A stretch of DNA of 63,853 bases, filler included, from Globobulimina sp. (GCA_003354225.1; 30 parts of 30 records of this genome joined end to end with filler, not necessarily neighbours in it), one strand, 5' to 3'. Counted from the whole stretch's first letter, positions 1 through 12,590 are shown. Numbers and translations are program-made. Notes: generated by a model not told the origin, from the letters alone.

Positions 1-222
1 AGATTTCCATTAAATATATATCTCTGGTATTCGTAATCTCTCAACTTTCTTAAAATAAAATCTATCGGAATCTGCTCTTAATTAACAGGAATGTCATACG
101 CAGAGTTTCTATTTAGATTCATATGAGATTCCATCGTTACCCAAAGAGTCCTGGGAGATTCAATAGATATATTTCTGATTGTCAGTATTCTAAATATATT
201 GGCACATTAAACTGGATCTAGT

Positions 223-1377
223 CTAAACACAATCTTCAGATTTGCAATTATTTTTGATAAAATCCAATACAATGTCTGTAAAATTGAAGCACACATTTCC
301 TTTGGACACGTTATGTCTCTTCTTTTTATCATAATAATTTAGTTTATTTGTAAAATAATTGATATCCAATGCAGTAATATCAACAACGATTCCTTTCTCA
401 TTTCTAAAACCCATTAAAATATTATTAACACCGCCAAGATATGACTGGATCCATATTTTTATGCATTTATACCATGGTATTATTGGTATGTTAGTCTTAT
501 TGCATTGCAATTTATTGACTTGTTTGTATGGATGATATCGCACACGATTTGTTTTACATTCTATCTCAGTCTCATTATGTTTAGAATATGTATTATAATT
601 ATTTTTATATTTGGGTACAATATATTTTTGAGTTTTAATTTCAACATATTCCATTTTATTGTTAATGCAGTCAATCTCCGCGGCCATTAATAATCTATGC
701 TTATTTAATTCACATTCAATCAAAATAACTAATTCTTCATTCTTCTCTTTGTTCTCTTTGCTCTCTGAGTTGTGCGTACATATATGCTCAAAGCGTCTGC
801 CCCACCATTGAGGTCTCAGATTTTTATCATTTTCATTATTGCATTTGTTGTCTTTCAATAAACAGACATTGTCAACAATCTCTAAATGAATAATTGCACT
901 TTTTTTAATAATATCGATGGCAAATGCATCATATTCCGGTTTCGAATGAAAATACGGCGCTGCCATAATTTTATTTATATTATTTCTAAATGTTACAAAT
1001 TGAATTTTTGATTTGGTCATATCATACGCTTCAAAATGTTGCTTCAAAACAGATGTAAATGCAGTTGTCTTTGGAATGTCATGATCTGTCTATTTTATGT
1101 TTTTATGTTTGCTGTGCAAGGATAAGTACTGTACCTTTTTAAATCCTGTATTTAAATCTTGGTCAATTTATGATGTAATATTAGGTATTAATTTTGGTAA
1201 TTCATTTTGTGTCGGAATTGTAACAAATTCTGAGTGAACACCAATATACGAACCGATATTTAAATTTATTTTATATTGTGCGGGTTTGTTAAAACGAGAG
1301 TCATATTCATACTGTCGACCATCCAATACATTCATTGATCGGATTGGGATCCAATTTGTTTGTTGATTTTGTGCCAT
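223..1377 (-). CDS. DXO: DXO/Rai1/Dom3Z-family decapping exoribonuclease; intron 1090-1134; in-frame TAA at 1168-1170; 3' end uncertain
   Basis: Motifs DLNTGF, FVTFRNNINKIM, GRRFE, AEIDC, YVEIKT, KIWIQSYLGGV..ILMGFRNEKG. The 45-nt GT-AG intron joins AAG to ACA in frame with ORF 223..1047. Confidence 0.85.
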
Positions 1378-1408
1378 TATCCAAGCTAAGTATAAGTGCC
1401 CTCAAACA

Positions 1409-2034
1409 ATGACGCAAACAATGGATGGTAAGACAAAATTAATCCAAATGTATAAAAAAAGTAAATCAGACAAGTCATTACTAAAACCTGGCAAAAAAAA
1501 TAAAAAGAAAGCAGAAAATAAACAAATAGAGGATGGAATTGTAAATGCAGAATTGGGCCAATATTTAGCAAAAGCAACACAAAATCATAGAGATGTGCCA
1601 TTTTTACAATTAACGTTACAAATAATAGAGATTATATTTTATGATTATTTTTTCCCATTTCAACGCTATACATTTGTTGGTGTTTGTAAATTATTTATGT
1701 ATTTAATGGACGACACATTACAATCAACGTTAAATAATTCAATCAATGATCATAGGATTCATAATTTTGAATTAAATGCTTATTATTTTTATGATAATTT
1801 TGATGAATTTGTAGTACCAATTTCAAATTCAATTGTCCTGGATTTAAGCAATGAAACCTTGCGAATGTTGAATACCAAACATAAGCAATTTCTGTCCTAT
1901 TTTTTTATGTATCAATCGAAATTAGCATTGCTTTATAAAAAAGAGATATTGTCATCGAAATATAAGAAACATAAGAAAAGGCACGAAAGAAGAAAGAAGC
2001 ACAATATGCAGAATAATAATAATAATAAAGACCA
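1409..2034 (+). CDS. Hypothetical Lys-rich protein, 3' truncated
   Basis: ORF of more than 200 codons from ATG 1409 to the contig end; no motif recognised. Confidence 0.6.
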
Positions 2035-2134
2035 NNNNNNNNNNNNNNNNNNNNNNNNNNNNNNNNNNNNNNNNNNNNTTAATTAATTAANNNNNNNNNN
2101 NNNNNNNNNNNNNNNNNNNNNNNNNNNNNNNNNN
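2035..2134. other. Artificial contig spacer N44-TTAATTAATTAA-N44 (first of 29; others start at 4168, 6301, 8434, 10567, 12700, 14833, 16966, 19099, 21231, 23363, 25495, 27627, 29759, 31891, 34022, 36153, 38284, 40415, 42546, 44677, 46808, 48939, 51070, 53201, 55332, 57463, 59594, 61724)
   Basis: Identical 100-nt linker with stops in all six frames, separating segments of steadily decreasing length (2034 to 2030 bp). Confidence 0.99.
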
Positions 2135-3928
2135 ATGCAAGGATGTACTGTTAGTACAAACATCGAAAAATATAGAATAGCATATTTTATCTGCCACCAA
2201 ATCCGGACTCTCAACAAAATATTTCATAAATAATTGTATTGCTTCCGCATTCATATTACTTTTCTGAAATGCATTCATCATCGCAGCAATACACACAATA
2301 TCTTTAGTTTTAGCTGGAATCGATGAGAATATGTCTATGCAATGATTGATTTCTAAACAATTGCCATAAAAATCAATCAAGGTGTTCTTTATAATTAATT
2401 CACTTTCATTCATTTTGTACATGTTTATCTGATTAATAATTTGTTTTCCTTTTGCAAACAAACCGATATTATTACAAGCTTTGATTGCATACATTATTGA
2501 GATGTTGTCATGTGTTTTTATTTTTGAATATCTTCCATCAATGCAGTTATCAAATAGTTGCACTGCAGATTTATTAAAACTGTTATGAATATATATTGAG
2601 AGCAGGCAATTAATACATATAATATCCACTGTATTATCTGCAATTGATGCAAATATTTGTGATACATTATCCATATTATCTCTGTACAAATACATCAAAC
2701 TTGTTTTAATTTGTAACGAGTACACATAATTATTATGCAAATAGTTAGTATTTGCTATTAAAAATGAATGAATTTCTTTGCCCTTTCCCATATACTCAAT
2801 GAGATCGCGGCAACATGACTTAAGAGCTAACGTATAAGTTATTCCATCCATAAACTTTGCAATTGCGTTATGGCAGTATTTATCATATAATTCTAGTAAA
2901 TCTTTATAGCATTTATTGTTGATAAAAACAGTGAACATTGTGTTGATTATAATGGTATTCATTTTATGTTCATCGACAGAATGAAATATATTTAATGCAT
3001 TGTGAATATCTTTACAGTGACCATACATTTCTATCAATCCATGCTTTAATTGAATATTATTATCCACATTGTGCAAAATTACAGCATGGATCTCCTTTCC
3101 TTTTAAATAATTTTTACTTTTTGTGCAAGCACTTATTGCCAATCTATGACAAATATCATCTTTCAATGCATTATCTGTTGCATCATATAATTGCAGTGCT
3201 GATGCATAATATTTATATTTTATATATACGCCAATCATACAATTGATACTAATCATATCTTTTTCAATGTTATTGAATATTCTCAAAGCATTTGATAAAT
3301 CATAACAATTAATTAATGCGTTTTTTATTATAACATTGTTTTTAGTTTCTTTGTTGAAAAATCCACAGTCAATTAAATGTTCTATAAATTGCAATGATGC
3401 AACATTCTTTTCACATTTTTGTATTAATTTTGTGACAAATGAACCATCGATGCTTATCGTTTTGATGTCATATTGTTTGATATATTGAATTAGTTTAATA
3501 CAATCTTTTATTTTCATATCATTTGATTTTATAAAGCAAGTTAATAATAACGAGTATAATACTGAATCATCATCGCAATGTTGTAAAGATTTGATATCAT
3601 TCCAAATCATATTCAGTGCATTTGAATCGTTTATAATATGATGTTTCAAACAAACTTTTAATAATATTTGAATCATTGAATAGCTTTTGGAAAATCCAGG
3701 TTGCTCATAGATATTAAATGCATTTTGAACCATTTGTTTGGAATTCTTATTTTTTTTATGATGTAAAATGTTCTTAATTGATTTTGTTGCTCTGTCCTGG
3801 TCCAAATGCTTGATGTTTGATGTGCTGAATAATATTGCTCTTCCTAGGTGCGAGAATATATATATTTGCCGTTGATAGAAGAATGATGCTGAAGACAGCA
3901 TTCTGGAAATATTAACACAAACAAACAT
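2135..3928 (-). CDS. PLS-type pentatricopeptide repeat (PPR) protein with possible mitochondrial presequence, 3' truncated
   Basis: Repeating triplets such as ..LAISACTKSKNYLKGKEIH / ..LIEMYGHCKDIHNALNIF / ..INTMFTVFINNK; N-terminus is Ser/Arg-rich and acid-poor. Confidence 0.9.
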
Positions 3929-4269
3929 TACTTTAGTATAGTACGCAAAAACTGAATGAGGCCCCTGTATATCATTAACAACATCGAAAATGGTGACACG
4001 TCACACGTGTTGCTTAAAAACGCCACTGAATCATTTATCAATCTGTAATTTAATGTAATTTAAATTTTTAAACAGTAAACGTAAGCAAAATACAAAAAGA
4101 AATAATGTAATGAGTAATATAAAAAACAACACATTATACTTAAAACCAATAATATAATAATCCAAAANNNNNNNNNNNNNNNNNNNNNNNNNNNNNNNNN
4201 NNNNNNNNNNNTTAATTAATTAANNNNNNNNNNNNNNNNNNNNNNNNNNNNNNNNNNNNNNNNNNNNTT

Positions 4270-6231
4270 TACAAATATTCCAATGAGATTCAGGCAATAT
4301 TTCGTCAAAAATCAGAGTCTTGGAAAAGATGGAAATCGACAGGAAATCCGACTGATTATTCAAAATTTAAGCAGCTCCGTAGACGATTAAAAAGGGACTT
4401 ACTTTTGAATAAAAGACAAGTTGTGACAGAGGCCTTTGATTCCTGTGGCTCAATCCGCGATTTCTGGTCAACATATAAAAAGTTTTCTGGAAGGTCTGCT
4501 GAGATGCCAACATTAACACTTCCTGATGGATCTTTGGCAGCTGAGCCTGCTACAAAAGCTGAAGCTCTTGCCGATCGCTTTGATTCAGTATGGTCAGAAG
4601 AGCAATTTCTGTTCCCTTCATATGTCCCTGAGCCACCAGATGAATCATATTGCAACTACAAATTTATTGAACGTCAACTTGCAACCCTGTCAATAACTAA
4701 GTCAACTGGGCCAGATGATCTACCTGCGATATTTCTGAAAAGTTGTGCTTCTGTGTTGGCACCTTCTCTTTCTATTTTATTTAATCGATCATTATCTGAA
4801 GGTATCGTGCCATCTGCTTGGAAATTCGCCTATGTTTCTCCTGTTCCAAAATGTAATCAACCATCACAGCCTACAGATTATCGGCCTATTGCCTTACTTT
4901 CTGTCATTTCCAAGATTTGTGAACGTCATATCAATTCATTACTATGGAAATATTTGGATCCTTTATTATGTGTCACTCAATTTGGATTCCGAAAAGCCCG
5001 ATCTACAGTGGATTGTCTCAACTTATTTGTACACAAGGTATCCACTAATATGGACAAGCATAAAAAAGTGGCTGCTGTTTTCTTTGATTTGAAGGCGGCA
5101 TTCGACCGGGTGCCACATGGTCCATTATTGGCAAAACTTCAAGATCGTTATGGTGTGCCTCATTCATTGCTCAAATGGTTATGTTCATATTTGTCTAAAC
5201 GTTCATATGCTGTTAGAGTAAGTGGTACATTATCTACAGTTAGATCTATACTCTCAGGTGTTCCACAGGGTTCATGTCTAGGGCCCACATTATTTATTTC
5301 ATATATTGATGGTTTACAGGGTCTTAATTTATCTGAAAATGCATCTTGTTTGTGTTATGCTGATGACTTAGCTCTTATCAAACCTATTCGTACAGCTCAA
5401 GATGAACTTGATCTGCAGGAAGACATAAATAAAATAGCTAATTTTATAACCTCTCATCACCTTCTATTAAATTCAACTAAAACAAAATATATAATTTTTG
5501 GTCGTCATCCCTCCCCTCCATCCATAAATTCTGAACTCTGGTTAGATCAAGTTCTCCTTGAATCTGTTGATGTTTATAAATATTTAGGAGTGCATTTAGA
5601 TCGTAGATTATCATTTACCCACCATGCTGATCTTTCTGCTAAAAAGGCTATTAAGGCCATTGGTGCATATAGTAGAAACTTTGGCAGGGTGGCTCCAAAT
5701 TATGTATTTGAGAATATCTACCATGCTTGTATTAAGCCTGCCCTTATGTACAGTATAGAAACCTGGTGGCCTCAAGCTCAATATGCACAAGCATCTGTTG
5801 AAAAAGTGCAAAGACTCGCTTTGAGAAAATATAACAACAATTACATACTATCTTACTCTGAATTGATGGAACGTGCTAATACAAATGGGAAAAGAAAGTG
5901 GGAACCTCTGTGGAAGAAAGTTGCTGGTCAACGTTTGATTCTGTTACACAAATATTGGTTCAATATACGATATTTTCCCAGAGAAATTCTATCATTGCCA
6001 AATCCAGATGTACGTAGAAGTGAACGTTTTGTTAAACATAATTTACAACTAGAATTGCCTAGGTTTTTAACTTATAATACTGGATCAACATTTCTTTATT
6101 ACACTGTTGTATTATGGAACAAACTTGATAATCATATAGTTCATAGTAATCCTTCAATGTTTAAAAAGTTTACTGAGTCGGCTAATTTTATGCCATTTAT
6201 TGAGAGTAGTTATGTCGCACCATTGTTATAA
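4270..6231 (+). mobile_element. Non-LTR retrotransposon (CR1/L2/Jockey-group LINE) ORF2 reverse transcriptase, 5' truncated
   Basis: KSTGPDDLP, YRPIALL, QFGFR, FFDLKAAFDRV, GVPQGSCLGP, YADD, YKYLGV; frame open from 4270. Confidence 0.95.
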
Positions 6232-6251
6232 TATTCTTTTTTATCGACTTA

Positions 6252-6300
6252 ACCTGATTCAGGTGTCAAATAAACAGATTGATTGATTGATTGATTGATT
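6252..6300 (+). repeat. LINE 3' end: ACCTGA-T-TCAGGT hairpin, AATAAA and (GATT)6 tail
   Basis: Directly after the RT stop; short tandem-repeat tails are typical of CR1/L2 elements. Confidence 0.8.
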
Positions 6301-6400
6301 NNNNNNNNNNNNNNNNNNNNNNNNNNNNNNNNNNNNNNNNNNNNTTAATTAATTAANNNNNNNNNNNNNNNNNNNNNNNNNNNNNNNNNNNNNNNNNNNN

Positions 6401-8295
6401 TCCATTTCGTCGTTAAAAAAAGCTAAACCACGCTCATTGTTAGCAGTGATTTTTCTTAATTTAACATCGACATTAACTTTTTCTCCATCCACACACTTTT
6501 TAAATATCTGATCCGCAGAAACATACCCGATTCCAATCAAATCGTCCGCAGTGACGGTGTCTTTGTCCATCAGCGTCAATTTCAATTGAAAATCGCGTTG
6601 ATATTTGTCGTGCGCATACACAAAAGCAGTCGAATTCCATTCCGGCGTCGCAGTATTGCTAATAGTCTGCGTCTGGAATGACTGTGCTCCCCATTCCACT
6701 CTGACATAGGGATCGGGTCTCCATTGGCCAATCACTGCTCCTTTCAATATTTGCAATTGCATCACGTGCGTATAATAGCGGACATTTAATTCCTTGGCAT
6801 TCTCTCTGTACTTCATCTTAATCTGTAGCTGGCAGAGCTGCTTGTTGCCATTCCTCACAAGTTTCCCATTTGCATCCTTCAATGCTACCCACTGTACCGC
6901 TGTGACAGAGTCTTTATTCGGGCAAACTCGCATCGTATAACCGCCGATAAAATCGTCTTTTGCTAATTGAACTTGATAATATAAATCAAATCGGATTCTA
7001 TCAATGCTCGAAAATAGATTCTTGCCAATCTCATCGAAGGTGGTGTTCCAAATTGGATTCAATTCATTGAAATAAGTATTGGTTTTGAATGTGGATTTAT
7101 TCATTTTTACCATAATATATGGATCCGGTTTATTGACAGTGGGATTTGGTAAATTGCGCGCTTGAATCACATAGACAGTCACTTGGTTTTCGCAATGCTC
7201 AAAGAGCAAATTAACGCCTTTTAAGCACTCTTCAGCAGTCCTGTTTTCTTTGTTTTTTACGCTATGATCGCAAATCTCGCGTAAATAGCGAATTATAGCC
7301 ATATTGACATGCTTCTCTTCTTTCTGACATTGTATATGTAATACAGTGTTTCCATCGTCATTCTGCACATTCACGTCCTCCATAAACAATGCTAAAAGTG
7401 TTATAATTTCTAATTCAACATTTTCTTCGTTGCAATTCGATGCATAAAACCATAGTTCTGTTTTGTTTATGTTTTCCATTTTAGCCAACAGAGCTCGCAA
7501 AATGTTTGTTTTCTTCATTAATACCATATCCTTTAAAAAATCTATGTTATCCATCTCCATCGCAGTACGTGGGATTTTCCAATCAATCTTCATTTCGACA
7601 GTATCATTGTTTGCCGCCTCGTGTATCCACTCAATGGACTCCGGTTGGTCGCCTTTGACTGCCCATTGCCAAACATCTCCGATCATTTCCTGCAACTGCA
7701 ACGCATCAAAATTCTCTTTAACTTCGTCTTCTATATTCAACGTAAGCTGCACCACTGATTTTTCTATGCGTTTCAGAAAATTGGTTTTGTCCGATTCATT
7801 TTGAGCAGCCGCAGTTTGCTGGCCAGCCCTTGCGAACTGACAGTAGTTTGATATCAACCGCTCCGCCAGTTTGATATTGCCCAAATAAAAGGCCATTTGG
7901 ATGGCAGTGGCGCCGGTACTCGATTTTAAAAACGGATATTTGCAGCCAACGTCAATAATTAATTGGTGTAAATGTTTTTTGTTACTTCTTTGCAATGAAT
8001 TTAATTTCTTGGTTGTTGCCACATTGTCAGTTCCAACGAGGTAATCCAAAATGCATTTATTTTTCTTAGTTCTTGCTTCTGGATCGACTTTGCCATGGAA
8101 TGAAAATATATGACGTGCGAGTTTGCCGTATTTCTGTTGGCAGCATAACATTAATAAATTTTCGTGCGTTTCTGTATCAAATACGCCATAATGTCCCATA
8201 TAAACTTGCATTTCTATGATGCCATCGTAGTCATTGGATTTGATCATGTCGCTTAACGTGGAATAATGTGGTAATATGAAGGTATGTTTGCGCAC
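6401..8295 (-). CDS. Ankyrin-like repeat plus tandem C2-domain protein, 3' truncated, start uncertain
   Basis: Ankyrin-like DVNVQNDDGNTVLH; two C2 domains (ARNL..KPDPYIMV..NPIWN and PDPYVRV..TPEWN..DKDTVTADDLIG). Confidence 0.85.
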
Positions 8296-8559
8296 GTTTT
8301 TGATTTATGCCATAATGTACAAACAAGCCTCAACCTTTATATTATTCCAGTGACATACCTTAAAGTTCGAGCATTCGATTTAATGCCTTTGAATGCAGCA
8401 ACATATCAAAAATAAGATAATAACGGAATGATTNNNNNNNNNNNNNNNNNNNNNNNNNNNNNNNNNNNNNNNNNNNNTTAATTAATTAANNNNNNNNNNN
8501 NNNNNNNNNNNNNNNNNNNNNNNNNNNNNNNNNTCTTTTTTTTTTTTTTTTATTTTTTT

Positions 8560-9048
8560 TTATTTTTTTTTTTTCTTTTTTTGTTTTTTTTTATTTTTTT
8601 TATTCATTTTTTTTCTTTTCTTTTTTTTTTTTAATTTTTTCTTATGTTCTTTTTCTATTTTTTGTTGTTGCTTTTCCATTTCCTTTGTCTTTTCATCCAA
8701 ATCCATTAAAATGGAATCAAACACATCAATTTGCTGTGGCTTTATTGGTAATGTGGTGGGGTCCGCGCCTTCCACTGATTCTTCTTCCTCAGCATCTGTC
8801 AATAAATAATTATTTTGTTTCTCAATCTCTTCTTTATTGATATCAAATATATTGTCATCAAATAAATCTTCAATATCTGATGAAATATCGATTTTCTTGT
8901 TTATATTAAAAGGTGTCGAACCAGAATAATGTAGACTTATATCACCCAATAAATTCTCGTATACTATATCTGATCCTTCATAGGATCGAGATATTGAGGG
9001 TTCACGCTCACAAATACTCATTCTCGACACCAAACACTGTACTTCCAA
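8560..9048 (-). CDS. Hypothetical acidic/Lys-rich ORF
   Basis: 162-codon ORF whose end runs into a poly(T) low-complexity tract. Confidence 0.35.
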   Translation of the reverse strand: MEVQCLVSRMSICEREPSISRSYEGSDIVYENLLGDISLHYSGSTPFNINKKIDISSDIEDLFDDNIFDINKEEIEKQNNYLLTDAEEEESVEGADPTTLPIKPQQIDVFDSILMDLDEKTKEMEKQQQKIEKEHKKKLKKKKKRKKMNKKNKKKQKKKKKK

Positions 9049-9299
9049 AGTTTTTTTAATTACAGCAACGTTAACACTCCGTTTGGTAATGGGAAAATTT
9101 GCAGCAACGTTAACACTCCGGAATTTGCAGCATTATATCCAGAAAAAAAAGCGAAGAAAGTATTTTTATTTCAAACGGTTATTATTGTGGTACTATAACT
9201 AAATATGGACTATATGGTAAGCTGTATAATTATGAGTAAAACAGTGCATATATTATGAGAGAAAAGGATACATAACACATTTATATACAATAAAGGATA

Positions 9300-10379
9300 A
9301 TGCAAAAGCCAGTAGGATTTTCATTGGATTTGAATGAGAGTATTGTAGGGGACATAGTGTTTATTGATACGAATGGAATACGAATTGAATCAAATAACAC
9401 AGTGAATAACACATTCAATGGTAAAAATTTAGCACGGACAAAATCATGGAAATTATCAGCAACCGGTTCCTTTGAGATGAATGGAATTAAAATAAAAAAT
9501 GGAATACAAAAATCGCCAGAAAAAATTGAAAATATTAATAATATAAACAACTCAAATAAAAATGTATTACAATCGATTGATGAATTAGAATTTATTGATA
9601 ATATCGGCAGTGGAGCCGTTGGAACAGTCAAAAAAGTAAAACATAAAAAAACCAATGAAATATTAGCTATAAAATGTATTGATTTTTTTGATAAAAATTC
9701 GCGGAAACAGTTTATTGACGAAATATCGTTATATTTAAAATTAAATCATCCATTTATTGTTTCATTTAAAGGTTGTTGTATTAATCATGACACTGAACAA
9801 TTATACTTAGCGTTAGAATATTGTTCAAATGGTTCATTACATTCATATATTTTAAAGAATGGTTGTTTTACAGAATTACAATGTAAACAATTAGCGCAAC
9901 AAACAATATCTGCACTGTCATATTTACAATTTAATAAAATTATTCATCGCGATATCAAGCCCCAAAATATTTTGTTGGATAATAATTTTAATGCATTATT
10001 GGCAGATTTCGGTATACAAAAAAATTTATTAAAAACATTTGCCAACACACAAATTGGTACTATGATCTATATGTCGCCGGAAAGAATGAATGGGGAAAAA
10101 TATTCCTACAATTCCGACATTTGGTCATTTGGATTAACATTATTGTTTTGTGTTTATGGTTGTTTTCCATATAATACAAATCATCAAAAAATGTCCGTGT
10201 TAGATATTCATATTGCTATCGTTCAAGATGATGTTCCCAAACTACCAGAATGCGATAAAAACGGAAAACAGTTTTCTATACAATTTAAATCATTTATTCA
10301 AGCGTGTTTATATAAAAATCAACAAAAAAGATGGAAAGCAAGTGATTTATTAATGCACCCATTTTTAACTGATAATTAA
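9300..10379 (+). CDS. MAP kinase kinase (STE7/MEK family)
   Basis: IGSGAVGTV, AIK, HRDIKPQN, DFG, activation loop TFANT, GTMIYMSPER..G..YSYNSDIWSFG. Confidence 0.9.
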   Translation: MQKPVGFSLDLNESIVGDIVFIDTNGIRIESNNTVNNTFNGKNLARTKSWKLSATGSFEMNGIKIKNGIQKSPEKIENINNINNSNKNVLQSIDELEFIDNIGSGAVGTVKKVKHKKTNEILAIKCIDFFDKNSRKQFIDEISLYLKLNHPFIVSFKGCCINHDTEQLYLALEYCSNGSLHSYILKNGCFTELQCKQLAQQTISALSYLQFNKIIHRDIKPQNILLDNNFNALLADFGIQKNLLKTFANTQIGTMIYMSPERMNGEKYSYNSDIWSFGLTLLFCVYGCFPYNTNHQKMSVLDIHIAIVQDDVPKLPECDKNGKQFSIQFKSFIQACLYKNQQKRWKASDLLMHPFLTDN

Positions 10380-11193
10380 CACCATGCCAAATTTACTTTA
10401 ATTAATATATTTCCATAAATAAAACAATGATGCATCAATTCAATTTGGCATGCACCATTCTCTCATATTCGCTCTTTTTGTATACCTCCTAATGGCTCCT
10501 ATGATGTCTTAGAATGTGATGGTTTATGAGGTATACAAAAAGATCACGATCTGGTAGTGTTTCTGTNNNNNNNNNNNNNNNNNNNNNNNNNNNNNNNNNN
10601 NNNNNNNNNNTTAATTAATTAANNNNNNNNNNNNNNNNNNNNNNNNNNNNNNNNNNNNNNNNNNNNAAAAAAGCAGTGGTAACAGAGACAGATTCGGATG
10701 ATAATACATGTACAGATACGTATAATAATGAAGGAACTAATGAAGATTTAAAAGATTTAATATCGCAAAATGTGATTGAAGTAACTGACACCGATACTGA
10801 ATGTGATACTGATTCGTATAAAACGCCGGTGAGATATTCACCAGTAATTGGAGACAGAGAAAGAGAAAGAAATAATTCAACTGAGCTATGATTTTGTTAT
10901 ATGTCAATATATTTTGTTTGTGATTTATTTTTTTTTTATTTGATTAATTTGTATTATTTATATTTTTGTGCATTCAATCTATTTTTTGCTAATTGTATTT
11001 TCAGTTTTTTCCATCAACTTTGTGTTTCTTTATTCATTTAATTTCTAATTTTTTTCATCCTTTTTTTTCTTTCTACATCACAATATTGGTTCGTTGTATT
11101 GTCGATACACTGTTGACTGAATATGAAAAATGGAAAGTTCCGAAAAGATTGCAACTGAAGTAACTCAAACCGATCCCCAATTTGAAAGGCACA

Positions 11194-11832
11194 ATGTCGA
11201 CGTCAAAGAAAAAGAGGAAATTGCAGCTCAGCGAGGAAGGAGACAATCAACCACCAACAAAAAAACGTAGACACAACGACAAACAAGCACCAAAATGTCC
11301 AAATCCATATATACCATCACAAACAAATGGTACTGGTACATCTAAAGAATATGTTGACACTTTCCCCACTAAACAAGCACCACAATGTCCAAATCCATAT
11401 ATACCATCAAAACGTTATCCATCACATTATTCACAAACAAATGGTACATCCAAAGAATATGGTGACACGCTCTCAAATAAACCCAAAAGACCAACACCAA
11501 CCAAAAAACATTTACATTCACAAAATATAAGGAAAAAAGTTCCATATTTACGTAGCTCTCAAGAGTCATTGCCTCCAATTACACGGTCTACATCAATCAG
11601 AGAAAATTTCTCACCTCGCCGCCATATCAGAAACACTAAAGCTGTATACACTGCGAATACCACTACCACCACAAAGGACACTCCTTCATCACCACACAAT
11701 GCAAAGGCAGCTGCAGTAAAGCTTCAAATTCAAATTCAAAAAGCAGCAAAACTAGGGAGATATCCACAAAAAACACACAGAAAAACCGTAATTGAAAACA
11801 AAGCACAAAATACATTTGCTTGCAATTGTTAA
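11194..11832 (+). CDS. Hypothetical basic disordered protein with NLS-like clusters and an internal duplication
   Basis: KKKRK and KKRRH clusters; KQAPxCPNPYIPS..QTNGT..SKEY.DT occurs twice. Confidence 0.5.
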   Translation: MSTSKKKRKLQLSEEGDNQPPTKKRRHNDKQAPKCPNPYIPSQTNGTGTSKEYVDTFPTKQAPQCPNPYIPSKRYPSHYSQTNGTSKEYGDTLSNKPKRPTPTKKHLHSQNIRKKVPYLRSSQESLPPITRSTSIRENFSPRRHIRNTKAVYTANTTTTTKDTPSSPHNAKAAAVKLQIQIQKAAKLGRYPQKTHRKTVIENKAQNTFACNC

Positions 11833-11896
11833 GTATTAATATTTTATATGTGCAACATTATAATTTTTCATACATGTATTAATTAAATATATAGTC

Positions 11897-12590
11897 ATGG
11901 ATTTCAAACGTGCCTTTTCTGAAAGGGGATGGTTTGTTGTATTAATTGCATTTGTGGTTGGCTTTTTATTGTGTTCTGCTGCAATGCCCATAGCATTTCC
12001 CCATACCGATGAAGCAAAAACAACCAATACAAAGTATATTGACGATAATAAATCTTGCATGTGTGATGTAAAAACGTTAAGCATTTTATGTAACTTTTAT
12101 TGCGGAGTTGTGTGACTTGTGTGTTGTATACAAATATAGGAACAAAACATCCATTGAATGTCAAGATTGTATGGATAAATATTGGGAAATGTATGAGATA
12201 CATACGTATACAGAATGTACGTATACAGAAGAATTAGAGAGTGAGATTCATGAAATGAGACAGAAAACGAATGGGTTTAATAAATGTGCCGAAGCTGAGA
12301 AGGAATTGAGAGAATGCAAAGTAAAAAACGGAGAATTGACACAAGAGATTATTAATATACGTCCAAATAGTCAATGTGTTGAGGAGTTGGATAAAATTAG
12401 GGAATTGGAACATAATTTGGGTGAATGTAATGTTGAATGGGAATCGTGTGAAATGTTAGGAAGACAAAAGGATAAATTGGATAAGAAACGATTGGAAGAG
12501 ATTGGAAAACGGAAACATAAATTTTCTCTTTGTAATCAACAGTTGAAAAGATATAAAGAAAAAGCAAAGCAAAATAAAGGAAATCAATGA
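11897..12590 (+). CDS. Signal/TM-anchored Cys-rich coiled-coil protein split by an apparent frameshift near 12108
   Basis: ORFs 11897..12115 and 12108..12590 overlap and continue the same Cys-periodic pattern. Confidence 0.5.

Noticed and set aside
1114-1125. TTATCCTTGCAC as a U12 splice site or branch point
   Set aside because: It occurs outside introns and in both orientations, and not at intron 5' ends.
1168-1170. Alternative genetic code (TAA or TGA reassigned)
   Set aside because: Long AT-rich genes lack in-frame TAA/TGA, and conserved genes (RPT3, Grx5, EEP) end at these codons.
2135-6231. PPR next to a reverse transcriptase as a functional system
   Set aside because: They are on different contigs; adjacency only reflects length sorting.
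8296-8433. F-box-like LRLVCTLW exon upstream of the C2 gene
   Set aside because: Needs two speculative tiny introns; cannot be supported from the sequence alone.
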